The notes beneath the pieces are model-generated. The model did no database searches and had not been told where the DNA came from. It saw nothing but the letters and a program-made list of their open reading frames with translations. Both the position numbers and the translations under genes were made by a program. This document shows positions 29,414 to 38,484 of a stretch of DNA of 64,000 nucleotides, one piece after another (positions within the stretch are counted from its first letter, which is position 1; every line of letters starts with the position of its first letter). This DNA comes from an uncultured archaeon (GTDB lineage Archaea; Thermoproteota; Nitrososphaeria; Nitrososphaerales; Gagatemarchaeaceae). The stretch covers positions 768,001 through 832,000 of the forward strand of contig CAWFOU010000001.1 of the NCBI GenBank assembly GCA_963817525.1, read 5' to 3'.

Positions 29414-29452
29414 GGATTCGCACCTTGTTGGGTACCGACCCCGTCCGGCCTA
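29414..29452 (+). repeat. type-B site with a non-Gln tRNA-like 3' end
   Basis: GGATTCGCACC-TTGTTG-GGTACCGACCC-CGT-CCGGCCT-A. Confidence 0.65.
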
Positions 29453-29483
29453 TCGCTCCCTGTTCCCGATACAGCGGACCGCT

Positions 29484-29996
29484 TCAGCGCAGTCTCTTGA
29501 CCATGAATCGAAGTGCCACCTTGGCGCCTCCGACCCTCTCTACAGCCTTCCCGGACTCGGTGAATCCGGCCTTTCTGTAGAAACTGATTGCCCTCTCATT
29601 GGTCGCTTCCGTCTTCACGCGGACGGAATAGAACCCGCGCTTCCTCGCCGAGTCAAGGGCCTTGCGGAGGAGCCTCGATCCGACCCCCTTTCCGGTCGCA
29701 CCTTCCAGCACCGCTATGCCTGAGAGCTCCCCTTCCCTCGCTTCAACCTTTCTTATGCTGGAGAAGCCGATGATTCTTCGTTCCTCCTCAGCAACCATCA
29801 TCTGGATGGTGGGGGTGGCAAGTCTCTTTTTCAAGAACTCCTCGGAGGCGATTTCCCTGATTGCTCCATCCGTGGCCCCCGCGAACCCAAGCGCGCTGGC
29901 TCCCGCCTCCTTCCACGCCTCGACTAAGAAGACGGAAAGCTTCGAGACGTCGTTTGGTCTCGCTGGTCTTATCACAAGAGAGGTTGGTTTCTCCAT
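29484..29996 (-). CDS. GNAT acetyltransferase
   Basis: GKGVGSRLL acetyl-CoA motif, NERAISFYRKAGF. Confidence 0.85.
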   Translation of the reverse strand: MEKPTSLVIRPARPNDVSKLSVFLVEAWKEAGASALGFAGATDGAIREIASEEFLKKRLATPTIQMMVAEEERRIIGFSSIRKVEAREGELSGIAVLEGATGKGVGSRLLRKALDSARKRGFYSVRVKTEATNERAISFYRKAGFTESGKAVERVGGAKVALRFMVKRLR

Positions 29997-30148
29997 CCTC
30001 AGAGGGTCAGGCGGCGGTTTCGCAACCAAACTGGGCCATCATAAGCCTCTCCGGAATTAAGGATTCTGACGGTCGAAGGGCACAAGTCCAAGAAAACCAC
30101 CGGTATGCTGTCCGATTCGACGCATTCAGGGCTAACTTGGAGACCAAA

Positions 30149-30165
30149 CAGCCCCTGGACGGATA
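30149..30165 (+). repeat. junction J13, degenerate
   Basis: CAGCCCCTGGACGGATA. Confidence 0.7.
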
Positions 30166-30210
30166 ATTGACTTCCGCACCGACATGAGATTGGCTCCGGA
30201 ACGGGGTACC

Positions 30211-30245
30211 GGGACAAATCGAATTGAATCGTGACAATCCTGGAC
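30211..30245 (+). repeat. junction J14, type C, degenerate; apparent array end
   Basis: GGGACAAATCGAA-12 nt-AATCCTGGAC in the same register as J6. Confidence 0.65.
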
Positions 30246-30555
30246 ACTAGCGCTCTTCCTGCCGAAAAGCGGCGCGTTTGGGAGCCGTTGAATGAACGGG
30301 GACACAACTGAGCCCTACTTGCCGATAGGATACGGGAGGGAGGCACCAGGCGAACGCGGCGGTCCAGACGGCCGTCCCGACGGGCCGACAGTGCTCGTAC
30401 CGCTGGTCTGGATACCGTGGGCTCAAAGATAGAACAGGAATCCGAATTCGTGCGCCACTCGGCTCATATGTCGGGAACTCGACCACAGACGGGGACGAAG
30501 ATGAGTTACCTCATGGCGCTTTCGGGGGAGCAACCCTAAGGGAGCCAAAGAATCG

Positions 30556-31710
30556 TTGGACCGAGCCTATTATTCAGCCCTGAACAAGACCAGTGTCTCC
30601 TGCAAGACCTGCGAAGTCACTGAGTCGTTCTACTCCAGCATGAGCGTCAAGAGGTTCAGGCTGGAGCATGTGGGTCACGAGGTGATTGACGGCGGCGTCT
30701 ACTTGCCGACAAACCCCAGACAGGATACCGAACACGCGGAAAAGGTGAGGTTGCTGAAGGTGCTGGTAGAGTTGGTCATGCTCCCATCCTACCCGAGTCC
30801 CGTCTTCACGATCACCGGGGTCAAGGACAATTTGAAGAACGCTTTCGTCCAGGTCGTTTCCCCGAGCCAACGCGACCAGGTCAGAGAGACCCTGGAGAAG
30901 GGCAAGTACTTGGATTCTGGTTCAAGCGACACGGTCTACGTCTGGGAGCCCAAGTCGATCAGCTTCTCGGAAGACGCGAACATGGCGATGAGCTTCGGTC
31001 ATTCCTCCGCCCTTGACCCAAATGTCGTCGATCCGCGTGCCTCCGCCGACGAGCATCCGCAGGACGACGCCCCTTCGGTCTCCGGGAACGGTCATGAGAT
31101 TCAGGTTTCTCTGTCCGGCGGGGAACAGACTGCGGTGGTGCTCAGCCAGCCCGCTCCTCGAGAGGCCCCAGTTCTCGATACCCCCGCTGCTCCCTCGGAT
31201 TCCGCGGCGCCTCCCCCTGAACCCGCCGCCTTGCCGGAGGCCGCTCCACAGACCCCGGCGCAAGAGAGCATTGACTCGGCTGCCGCGGTCCCTCTCCCTG
31301 AGACAGAAGCTCCCGCAACACCCTCGCCCGAGCCGGCGGAGGCGTCGATCCCGGCGGAGCCTGAAGGAAAAGAAGCGGACGCTATGCGCCCTGCCGAAGG
31401 CCAGCCAGACGCCAAGGTCGAGGACGACAAGTATCTCCTAGTCTCGCGGTCTTGGTACATCGAAGGGGGGTCCAAGAACATGGGAGAAGCCGTAAGGATC
31501 TCAAGGATCCTGAGGCCCTTCAGGTGGACGGTCGAGCCCGCGTACACCATCGGTGTCATGGTAGACGACATTCTCAGCGTGGAGACAGCAAACGGCGAGA
31601 TAGGCGGAGACATGACGAAGGAGGTTGAGGGGGCCGGGTACAAACTCGCCCGCGTCAGCGTGGTAAAGGGAAAGCCTGTCGCCTGGTTCAAGAAGGAGCG
31701 GGTGTCCTAA
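30556..31710 (+). CDS. hypothetical protein with N-terminal CxxC...H and Pro/Ala/Glu-rich linker
   Basis: 384-aa ORF, SCKTC...LEHVGH. Confidence 0.7.
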   Translation: MDRAYYSALNKTSVSCKTCEVTESFYSSMSVKRFRLEHVGHEVIDGGVYLPTNPRQDTEHAEKVRLLKVLVELVMLPSYPSPVFTITGVKDNLKNAFVQVVSPSQRDQVRETLEKGKYLDSGSSDTVYVWEPKSISFSEDANMAMSFGHSSALDPNVVDPRASADEHPQDDAPSVSGNGHEIQVSLSGGEQTAVVLSQPAPREAPVLDTPAAPSDSAAPPPEPAALPEAAPQTPAQESIDSAAAVPLPETEAPATPSPEPAEASIPAEPEGKEADAMRPAEGQPDAKVEDDKYLLVSRSWYIEGGSKNMGEAVRISRILRPFRWTVEPAYTIGVMVDDILSVETANGEIGGDMTKEVEGAGYKLARVSVVKGKPVAWFKKERVS

Positions 31711-32519
31711 TGCGATTCCTGGGTCGGAGCCTTTGCTCGCCACTCTGAGTATTCCTCGAGGAACCGAAACCCCATCCGCTCGTAGATCGGTCTGCCCATC
31801 TCGGTCGCCTGGAGATAGCTGAGGGCGCAGCCGGCGCTTCTGCTGTCCTCGATGCCCCGCCAGGTCATCGATTCCCCGTACCCCCGGCGCCTGAACTCAG
31901 GAAGGGTGCTGACGAAATAGATTCCCGCGACTTCACCGGTCGTTATGCGCGTCGACGTCGCGACAGGCTTGTCCCCCACGTACCCGACGTAGCTAGAGCT
32001 ACGGGGCCCGGGTCCCGCCGTCCCGGCGAGGAGCGCAGGCCTCCAGGCCTCGAGCCGCTCGACCGGCACCCCCATTCCGACCGCCCCCGTCCGTATGAGG
32101 TCGGAGACCCCCAGAGGGTCGCTGACCTGTCGTATCTCGAGCCCCTCGGGGGCAGCGTGGCGGCCGTCCGGGATCGGGTCGAGGAACATCCCCGGCACGG
32201 CGTCCCTTTCTGTCAGGCCCGCCTTCTCTATTACGGGCTGCAGCTCGTCCAGGGTCTCGGGAAGGGTCACGATGCGGAAGTCAGTGCGCGTCCGAACGAA
32301 GAGCCGGTCGATCCCTTCCTGGACCTCCCGGAGCGAGGTCGGATGGTTGAGCCCGAACACCACGTTGAGCCTCGGCCCCGGTGTGCCTGAGCGCACCGCC
32401 GTCAGTCCACCTATGGTCTCGACCGAGCCGCCCGGGACGATCCGCGCCAGGAACTCGGACCTCCCGACCAGGTTCTGATGGCACGCCTCGGCGAGGGACA
32501 CGGACAATCGACAGAGCAC
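31707..32519 (-). CDS. GNAT acetyltransferase
   Basis: STLPEFRRRGYG, LQATEMGRPIYERMGF; start uncertain. Confidence 0.8.
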   Translation of the reverse strand: MLCRLSVSLAEACHQNLVGRSEFLARIVPGGSVETIGGLTAVRSGTPGPRLNVVFGLNHPTSLREVQEGIDRLFVRTRTDFRIVTLPETLDELQPVIEKAGLTERDAVPGMFLDPIPDGRHAAPEGLEIRQVSDPLGVSDLIRTGAVGMGVPVERLEAWRPALLAGTAGPGPRSSSYVGYVGDKPVATSTRITTGEVAGIYFVSTLPEFRRRGYGESMTWRGIEDSRSAGCALSYLQATEMGRPIYERMGFRFLEEYSEWRAKAPTQESH

Positions 32520-32593
32520 CCCGAATTTAAGAGCAGGGTAGGGTTCGTCGCCCCCCAGCTAGCCTTAATAATTTCAACCACCGCGTAGAGCCA

Positions 32594-33646
32594 GTGAAAA
32601 GGCCCAGGCGCGCTCTCCTCTTGGGGCTATCGATCGTCGCGATGGTAGCCTTGGCTCCGTACTTTCTGACCCTCGCCCACGCCACCCCCCAGGGCATCCC
32701 TCCCTCGTTGGAGATTGCGGTGGGCTATGGGGACACGGAGAGGGGGGTGGGCGCGTACCACGTCGACTTCCCCAGCCCGTGGTGCGGCACCCCCGGCGTC
32801 CAGTTCATAGGGTCGTCGACGAACTACAACGGCAACTCGACCAGCGAGAGCAACTGCGTCGCGGGCGACTGGGACGGTGGCGCGATCCTGGTCACGAACG
32901 CAGGGTCGGCCCCGGTAACCTTGACCAATCTCACCGTCGTGCTCTCTTTGCCCGCCTCAGGGAGCGCGGGCAAGCCGAGCTGCTCGCAACCCCCCAGGCC
33001 GATAACCTTCCACCTCTGGTTCGGGCAGCAGTACTACTTCGGCAACGCGTCTGACCCCGCGTATGCAGGCGGCCCCATCGCCCTCCCTCCGGGAGGGCAG
33101 GCCATTTTCGCGGGGACGAGCTCCGACGGCGCTTACGTCTGCCCCAGTGGCAACTACCCGGAGGGCCCGGTCAATGGGACATACGATTTCGACACTAGCG
33201 ACTCCAACTTCCTGTCCGGCTGTACCCCCACCAACGACACAGCCTCCGACCCCAGGATTACCTTCACGGCGGCCGGGTACGCGCCCACCACCTACGTAGA
33301 CGAAGGCCACGTAATCGACACCGGCGGGATAGACCCCGGGATGTGCAGCTCCACCCCGGCGAACCCAGAGTGGCCGAACGAGTCGCTAGGCTGGAGGCTC
33401 GTCAACAGCACCTGCGGGGAAGGCTGCGCGGAGAACCAGTTCGAGGCGTCTGCTCAGACCGTCTCTTCGCAGCACTCGACTAGCGTCTCCGCGACTTCGC
33501 AGCACTCGACTAGCGTCGCAGCGACTTTCACTTCAACTTCTTCTGCGGGGGGAACCGCGGCCATCTACGCGCTTGCGGGGGTGGCGGTGGTCGTGGTCGC
33601 TGCCGCCGGACTCTTGGCGCTCAGAAGGCGCAAGACAGTCCCCTAA
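32594..33646 (+). CDS. secreted protein with C-terminal TM anchor
   Basis: signal peptide, Cys-containing domain, S/T linker, TM plus RRRK. Confidence 0.75.
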   Translation: MKRPRRALLLGLSIVAMVALAPYFLTLAHATPQGIPPSLEIAVGYGDTERGVGAYHVDFPSPWCGTPGVQFIGSSTNYNGNSTSESNCVAGDWDGGAILVTNAGSAPVTLTNLTVVLSLPASGSAGKPSCSQPPRPITFHLWFGQQYYFGNASDPAYAGGPIALPPGGQAIFAGTSSDGAYVCPSGNYPEGPVNGTYDFDTSDSNFLSGCTPTNDTASDPRITFTAAGYAPTTYVDEGHVIDTGGIDPGMCSSTPANPEWPNESLGWRLVNSTCGEGCAENQFEASAQTVSSQHSTSVSATSQHSTSVAATFTSTSSAGGTAAIYALAGVAVVVVAAAGLLALRRRKTVP

Positions 33647-33713
33647 TCATTCGGCCAGCCCGACATTCGCGACACACATTTAATATCAAAAATCTTGGCG
33701 AGGGTGACAAAGA

Positions 33714-34229
33714 TTGGCCGACGCACCGCGGGGCATGGTCAGCACGACAGCAGTGGCGGCGATTGTCGTTGCGATGATCGTGGTGGTCGTAACCGTAGGC
33801 GCCTTCTTCGAGTCTCAGGGGCCTCCGGTGACCTCTCTCACGACCGCGCGGCCCCCGAGCGAGGCCCAAGCATGCGTCTTCTCCAGCCCCCCGGCGCTCC
33901 AGGCATCCACCGCCCTGACTGTGAGCTTCTCGGGATGCCTAGCGCCTGGGGCATCCGGGACGTACCTGATAGCAGCGACTGGGCCGGACCAGTTGAACAT
34001 GACCGGGGCCATCACGGGGAGGCTCCCCTTCCGCGTCACGATTGCGGGCGCGGCCATCGGGAACCTCTCAGCGACCGCCGGGACGGTCTACGCCGCCAAC
34101 GACGCGGCCTCGGTCAGCCTGCCCGGGGTCGTCCTGATGCCGGCGAGCGGATACGCGATCACCGTGACGAACCAAGGAGGCCAGAACTCCACGGTGACAA
34201 TGGACCTACAGCTATCGCCCCTTTCCTGA
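33714..34229 (+). CDS. membrane-anchored hypothetical protein
   Basis: N-terminal TM; GCLAPGASGTYLIA motif shared with 34780..35403. Confidence 0.7.
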   Translation: MADAPRGMVSTTAVAAIVVAMIVVVVTVGAFFESQGPPVTSLTTARPPSEAQACVFSSPPALQASTALTVSFSGCLAPGASGTYLIAATGPDQLNMTGAITGRLPFRVTIAGAAIGNLSATAGTVYAANDAASVSLPGVVLMPASGYAITVTNQGGQNSTVTMDLQLSPLS

Positions 34230-34288
34230 GGCCGAAGGGGAACCCGGGTCTGATTAGAAACTATATACCGGTGATTTCGAGTCTCCTC

Positions 34289-34513
34289 ATGGGACTGAAA
34301 CTCGTCATTCAGGACGACAACGGGAAGGTGCTGGGGATGGTGGACGCGACCTCGCGCGGGAAGACCAAGCCTTTCAGCTCCGGCTCTGCGGGGTACTATG
34401 TAAACGGCAAGATGTCGCTCCCCTCCGTCATCGACGGGGAGACGAGGACGCACCAGATCAGCTGCAGCCTGGTAGAGATCGGGACGAAGGGCAAGTACGA
34501 GCAGGCAAAGTAG
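34289..34513 (+). CDS. small hypothetical protein
   Basis: MGLKLVIQDDNGK..., TATA-like box about 25 bp upstream. Confidence 0.6.
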   Translation: MGLKLVIQDDNGKVLGMVDATSRGKTKPFSSGSAGYYVNGKMSLPSVIDGETRTHQISCSLVEIGTKGKYEQAK

Positions 34514-34779
34514 GCGTCCGCCAGCTCTTCGGCTCTTTCAAGGGCTCTGCAAGGAGGCGCCGCTCTGCCTCGGTCGCCACGGGGCTCTACCCCTTCAGCG
34601 TGGTGGATACGTTCGCTGTCGCTGCGGGCACCGCCATCGCCGCGCTTTTCGCCGCATACTTCGCGCTCAGACGGGGGGCCTTTCGCTGAACCCTACCCCG
34701 ACCTCGCCTTGTTCCCGCTTTGCCTTGTCCCGGAGGCTTTGGGACGTCTTAAATACGGACGCCCTCATAATGGCGTCTG

Positions 34780-35403
34780 ATGCAGACGAGTGATAGGTCC
34801 GGGATGGGCAGGGCGGTCGCGGCTGTTGCCGTCATCGTGGTCATCGTGGTAGCCGGCGGCTTGGGCTTCGCCCTGACCTCCAAGGGGACGCACTCGACGA
34901 CTTCCTCCTCTTCGACGACGTCGAGCACCACGACGTCCTCCACGACCACTTCCCAGACTTCAAGCTCGGCGGTCACGAACACGACGAGCGTGACCTCGTC
35001 GACTACGACGTCTTCTACCTCGACAGGATGCACCTTCGCCCAGGCGGCGCCGGAGATAGCGGCGAACTCGACGGCGAACTACTACACAGGATGCCTCACC
35101 GCGGGAGCGACGGGCGTCTACCTGCTGGCCATCTCCGACCCTCACGGGATAGTGGTGCAGGGAGTAATCAAGAGCCAGTACCCGATGGAGGTCACCTTCG
35201 CAGGGACTCCTGTCGACAACCTGTCCGCGGCCGCGAAGGGAGCCCAGGGGCTCACGGCGAACGACACGACTGTAGTCCCGATGACCGACATCTCCCTCAT
35301 AGGCTCCAGCGGATACTCGATCACGTTCGTGAACGAGTCCAACCAGAACAACACGATCATAGTCAATCTGACGCTCATCGACTTTGACTCGTTCGAAGGC
35401 TAA
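34780..35403 (+). CDS. membrane-anchored S/T-rich protein, paralog of 33714..34229
   Basis: TM, S/T linker, GCLTAGATGVYLLA. Confidence 0.75.
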   Translation: MQTSDRSGMGRAVAAVAVIVVIVVAGGLGFALTSKGTHSTTSSSSTTSSTTTSSTTTSQTSSSAVTNTTSVTSSTTTSSTSTGCTFAQAAPEIAANSTANYYTGCLTAGATGVYLLAISDPHGIVVQGVIKSQYPMEVTFAGTPVDNLSAAAKGAQGLTANDTTVVPMTDISLIGSSGYSITFVNESNQNNTIIVNLTLIDFDSFEG

Positions 35404-35496
35404 CATCCGTCACGAGAGAAAAGTCGCCCGCGCCCCGCGAGGCAGCCGGACCGGCGTTGCTATGTTGCAGATACCCGGGCGTTTCGAGCGTCCGTA

Positions 35497-36192
35497 CTAG
35501 GGCCCTTTCGGGCCGCCCCTACCTCGGGCCAGAAGGACCAACAATATCACCACGACTATCAGGGGGATGCCTACTCCCACGGCGAAGAGCGAGGAGGAGA
35601 CCCCTGCGCTGGAGTTGACCGTCTGAGTGGTGGTTGAAACGGAAGTGCTCACTGTGACGGTCTGGCCTCCCGAGAGCGGAAGACCCAGCATGTACACTAT
35701 GATGCTGCCCGTCAGCTTTAGCGGGACGTTGAGCGTCCCGTTGTAGTAGGAGACGAAGGCCACGAGGTTGGCGGTAAAGTTGGCCTGGGTGTAGTTGCTC
35801 GGGATCTCCATTGCGATTGTGTTCACTATGAGCTGCCCGGCTGTCAGGGTGATGGGAGGAGAAAGGCCTATCGCGAAGTTGGGGTTGGAATTGGAGGGCG
35901 GGAGCTGTGGGGAGCTGACCGTCTCGTTGAACAGCGTGAGGTTCCCCGCGGGCGGCTTGTCGGAGTTGACCACGGTGATGTCGAATATCTCGTTGCCCCC
36001 AGGGTAGTTCCCCTGCGGGGCCGCGTTCAAGGTGGCCCAGACGGGCTCCACCGCCTGGGAGTAAGGAACCGCGAGACACTCACCGGCCCCTTGACCGCAC
36101 GCCGCGCGCGCGGGGGCCGCCGCTAGGAAGGAAAGTACCAAGAGCGTGAGCACGCCCGCTGTGACAAGCTTCGGAAGACGGTTCTGCATCAC
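35497..36192 (-). CDS. secreted protein with C-terminal TM anchor
   Basis: signal peptide and C-terminal hydrophobic segment. Confidence 0.7.
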   Translation of the reverse strand: MMQNRLPKLVTAGVLTLLVLSFLAAAPARAACGQGAGECLAVPYSQAVEPVWATLNAAPQGNYPGGNEIFDITVVNSDKPPAGNLTLFNETVSSPQLPPSNSNPNFAIGLSPPITLTAGQLIVNTIAMEIPSNYTQANFTANLVAFVSYYNGTLNVPLKLTGSIIVYMLGLPLSGGQTVTVSTSVSTTTQTVNSSAGVSSSLFAVGVGIPLIVVVILLVLLARGRGGPKGP

Positions 36193-36269
36193 GAGAGCGA
36201 GGCGAGGGGACGATATAACATCTGTGGTGGCGCTAGACCGTGGCCGGGGTCCCGAGGCGGCGCGGGGTG

Positions 36270-37139
36270 CTAGTCATCGGAGTTCCGATGGGAGATCCCG
36301 AGCGCCTCCCAATACGTGGCGGGCGTTCCTATGTCTATCCACGACTCGTCGGTCCTCAGCTCGACGCCGGTGACCTTCTTGCCTTCCTTGAGCAGCGTCG
36401 AGATGCCGTCGGTCAGCTGAAGCTCTCCCCCTATCCCGGGGCCTGCCTCCTCGATGGCGTCGAAGATGGAATGCCTGAAGAGGTAAACCGGAGTGACAGC
36501 CAGGTTCGACTTTGGGACCTTGGGCTTCTCCACTATCTCGTCGACCGCGACGAGGCCCCGGGAGCTCTTGCCGGTGGCGACCCCGTACATCCGGGGGTCG
36601 GGGACCTTCCTGAGCGCCAGGGAGCACTCGGCGCCCTCCTCGAAGGAGGAGAGCAGTCGCCTGAGGTGGCCAAAATCGGAGCAGTACACGTAAGCGTCCC
36701 CCGCGTGAACCAGGAACGGGTCGTCCCCCGCGAAGACCTTCGCCTGGAGGACCGCGTGGCCGAACCCCAGGGGGACGGGCTGGTTAACCCACATTATGCT
36801 CGCCTCGTCGACGCGCCTGTAGAACCTCTCGAGGGCCGATGCCATCGAGGCCTTGGCCGCAGAGCTCTCCTTCTTGGTGAGCCGGCTGAGGTAGTCGCCG
36901 TCCGGCGTGAAGTGGTCCTCTATGGCCCTCTTTCCGCGTCCCACCACGAAGCAGAACTCCCTTATCCCAAAGTCGAAGAGCTGCTCGAAGACCAGCTGGA
37001 CCAGGGGCTTTATGCAGAGCTCGCCGCCCTCGTTGGCGAAGACTGGGAGCATCTCCTTCGGCTGCACCTTTGTCGCCGTCAGGAGCCGCGTCCCGAGCCC
37101 GGCGACAGGGATGACCGCCTTGATCTCCTTGGGCTCCAT
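36270..37139 (-). CDS. galU: UTP--glucose-1-phosphate uridylyltransferase
   Basis: KAVIPVAGLGTRLL...PKEMLP, GFGHAV, ELQLTD. Confidence 0.85.
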   Translation of the reverse strand: MEPKEIKAVIPVAGLGTRLLTATKVQPKEMLPVFANEGGELCIKPLVQLVFEQLFDFGIREFCFVVGRGKRAIEDHFTPDGDYLSRLTKKESSAAKASMASALERFYRRVDEASIMWVNQPVPLGFGHAVLQAKVFAGDDPFLVHAGDAYVYCSDFGHLRRLLSSFEEGAECSLALRKVPDPRMYGVATGKSSRGLVAVDEIVEKPKVPKSNLAVTPVYLFRHSIFDAIEEAGPGIGGELQLTDGISTLLKEGKKVTGVELRTDESWIDIGTPATYWEALGISHRNSDD

Positions 37140-37144
37140 GCGCG

Positions 37145-38389
37145 TCAGGCCCTGCCCTTCACCGTCGGGGCGTCCTCCTGAGGTTCGACCGCCAAGGCAC
37201 GAGTGTTGGAGTCGAAGATCATCGTCGCAGCCTGTCCAAGCGTCCTCTCGGCAAGGGCGGGAAAGTCGTACCGGCGGGAAGCCTCGAGCACCGCCTCGAC
37301 GTTCATGCGCGTCCTCGGGTGCCTGCTCACGATGGAGCAGCAGTCCTTGTACTGGGCTATCGAGTCCTCGTACGTCCCGATGGCCTCGGCCAGCTTCACG
37401 ATCTCGGACTTGTCGTAGCCCACGACGGGCCTCAGGGTGGGCATCGAGGCGCCCGCGTCGATGCAGGCGAGGTTGTAGAGCGTCTGCGAGGCGACCTGGC
37501 CGAGGTTGTCCCCCGTAGAGGTGGCGATCGCCCCCAGACGGCGCGCGACCTTCTCTGCCACTATCCTCATGAAGTGCCTAAAGACCACCGGCTCGTAGTC
37601 CGGCCGCAGGTCGCTTGTGGCGACCTGGTAGTCGGTGAAGGGGACGAGGACCATCTTCCCGCCCCCGATGCCGAACCTGGCCAGGCTCTTCAGGAGGCTC
37701 CCCATCTTCGTCTCGAGGATGTCAACGGGGCTGGGGGCGACGTAGAAATGGACGTAGGTGAGGTCGCACCCGCGCTTCATCATGAGCCAGGCCGCCACCG
37801 GCGAGTCGATCCCTCCGGAGAGAAGGTGTACGACCTTCCCCGTCACCCCGACTGGCAGCCCTCCCGGCCCCCGCTCCTTCGAGGTGTGCAGGAGGACCCG
37901 GTCGGAGAGGATATCGACGAAGAGGGTGGCCTGCGGGTGCGAGAGGTCGACGGCCAGCCCCGTGTCCTTCATGACGTCGTCGCCGAGCTTCACCGCCATC
38001 TGCTGGGAGGAGAGCTCGTAGCTCTTGTTGGCCCTCTTGGCGGTGACCCTGAACGTGCCGGCGTTGGACTCGTCCCTCTGGAGCGCCATCTCGGCGGAAG
38101 CCGCCCTCCTCACGCTCTGGTAGTCTAGCGGGCATTCCAAGACCCTCGCCAGCCAAGCCACACCGAAGACGCCCTTCAGTACGGAGGCGGCGTCGTTCAG
38201 GGCCTCGGGGTCGCCCGGTTTCGAGACGACGAACCTCTGGTCGACAAGGTCCACATTGAACTTCCCGAGCGGCTCGAGCTTCTCGAGGAGGTTCCTCTCA
38301 AGGTGGTGCTCGAAGTAGGACCGGTTGTTTCCCTTGGTCCCTATCTCCGCGTAGTGGACCACGAGCGACGTGCGAGGGAGGGCGGCCAA
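37145..38389 (-). CDS. thiI: tRNA 4-thiouridine synthase
   Basis: THUMP domain, LLSGGIDSPVA, GDNLGQVASQT, DCC. Confidence 0.92.
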   Translation of the reverse strand: MAALPRTSLVVHYAEIGTKGNNRSYFEHHLERNLLEKLEPLGKFNVDLVDQRFVVSKPGDPEALNDAASVLKGVFGVAWLARVLECPLDYQSVRRAASAEMALQRDESNAGTFRVTAKRANKSYELSSQQMAVKLGDDVMKDTGLAVDLSHPQATLFVDILSDRVLLHTSKERGPGGLPVGVTGKVVHLLSGGIDSPVAAWLMMKRGCDLTYVHFYVAPSPVDILETKMGSLLKSLARFGIGGGKMVLVPFTDYQVATSDLRPDYEPVVFRHFMRIVAEKVARRLGAIATSTGDNLGQVASQTLYNLACIDAGASMPTLRPVVGYDKSEIVKLAEAIGTYEDSIAQYKDCCSIVSRHPRTRMNVEAVLEASRRYDFPALAERTLGQAATMIFDSNTRALAVEPQEDAPTVKGRA

Positions 38390-38484
38390 ACTCTGGCCAG
38401 TGCTCCCCTCAGCTGGATATAAAGGCGGGGACGCGCACGCGGAAACGACCTTGAAAATGCTTTTTCAAGGCGTGGGACCGGCGC

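Larger units (their letters stand above)
5892..30245 (+). mobile_element. tRNA-Gln-anchored tandem gene-cassette array
   Basis: 14 same-orientation copies of the tRNA-Gln 3' end with conserved arms separating small accessory modules. Confidence 0.85.

Noticed and set aside
5892-30245. CRISPR array
   Set aside because: Repeats are separated by 0.7-3.8 kb gene-bearing units rather than 30-40 bp spacers, and no cas genes are present
5892-30245. Classical integron attC array
   Set aside because: No intI seen, sites lack the RYYYAAC...GTTRRRY long hairpin, and they end in tRNA sequence
5892-30245. Casposon or MITE tandem with tRNA target-site duplications
   Set aside because: The ~13-bp duplication is similar in size, but unit ends are not terminal inverted repeats and no Cas1 or PolB is present
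7421-30245. Junctions as additional tRNA genes
   Set aside because: Only the last 13-18 nt match; no D or anticodon arms
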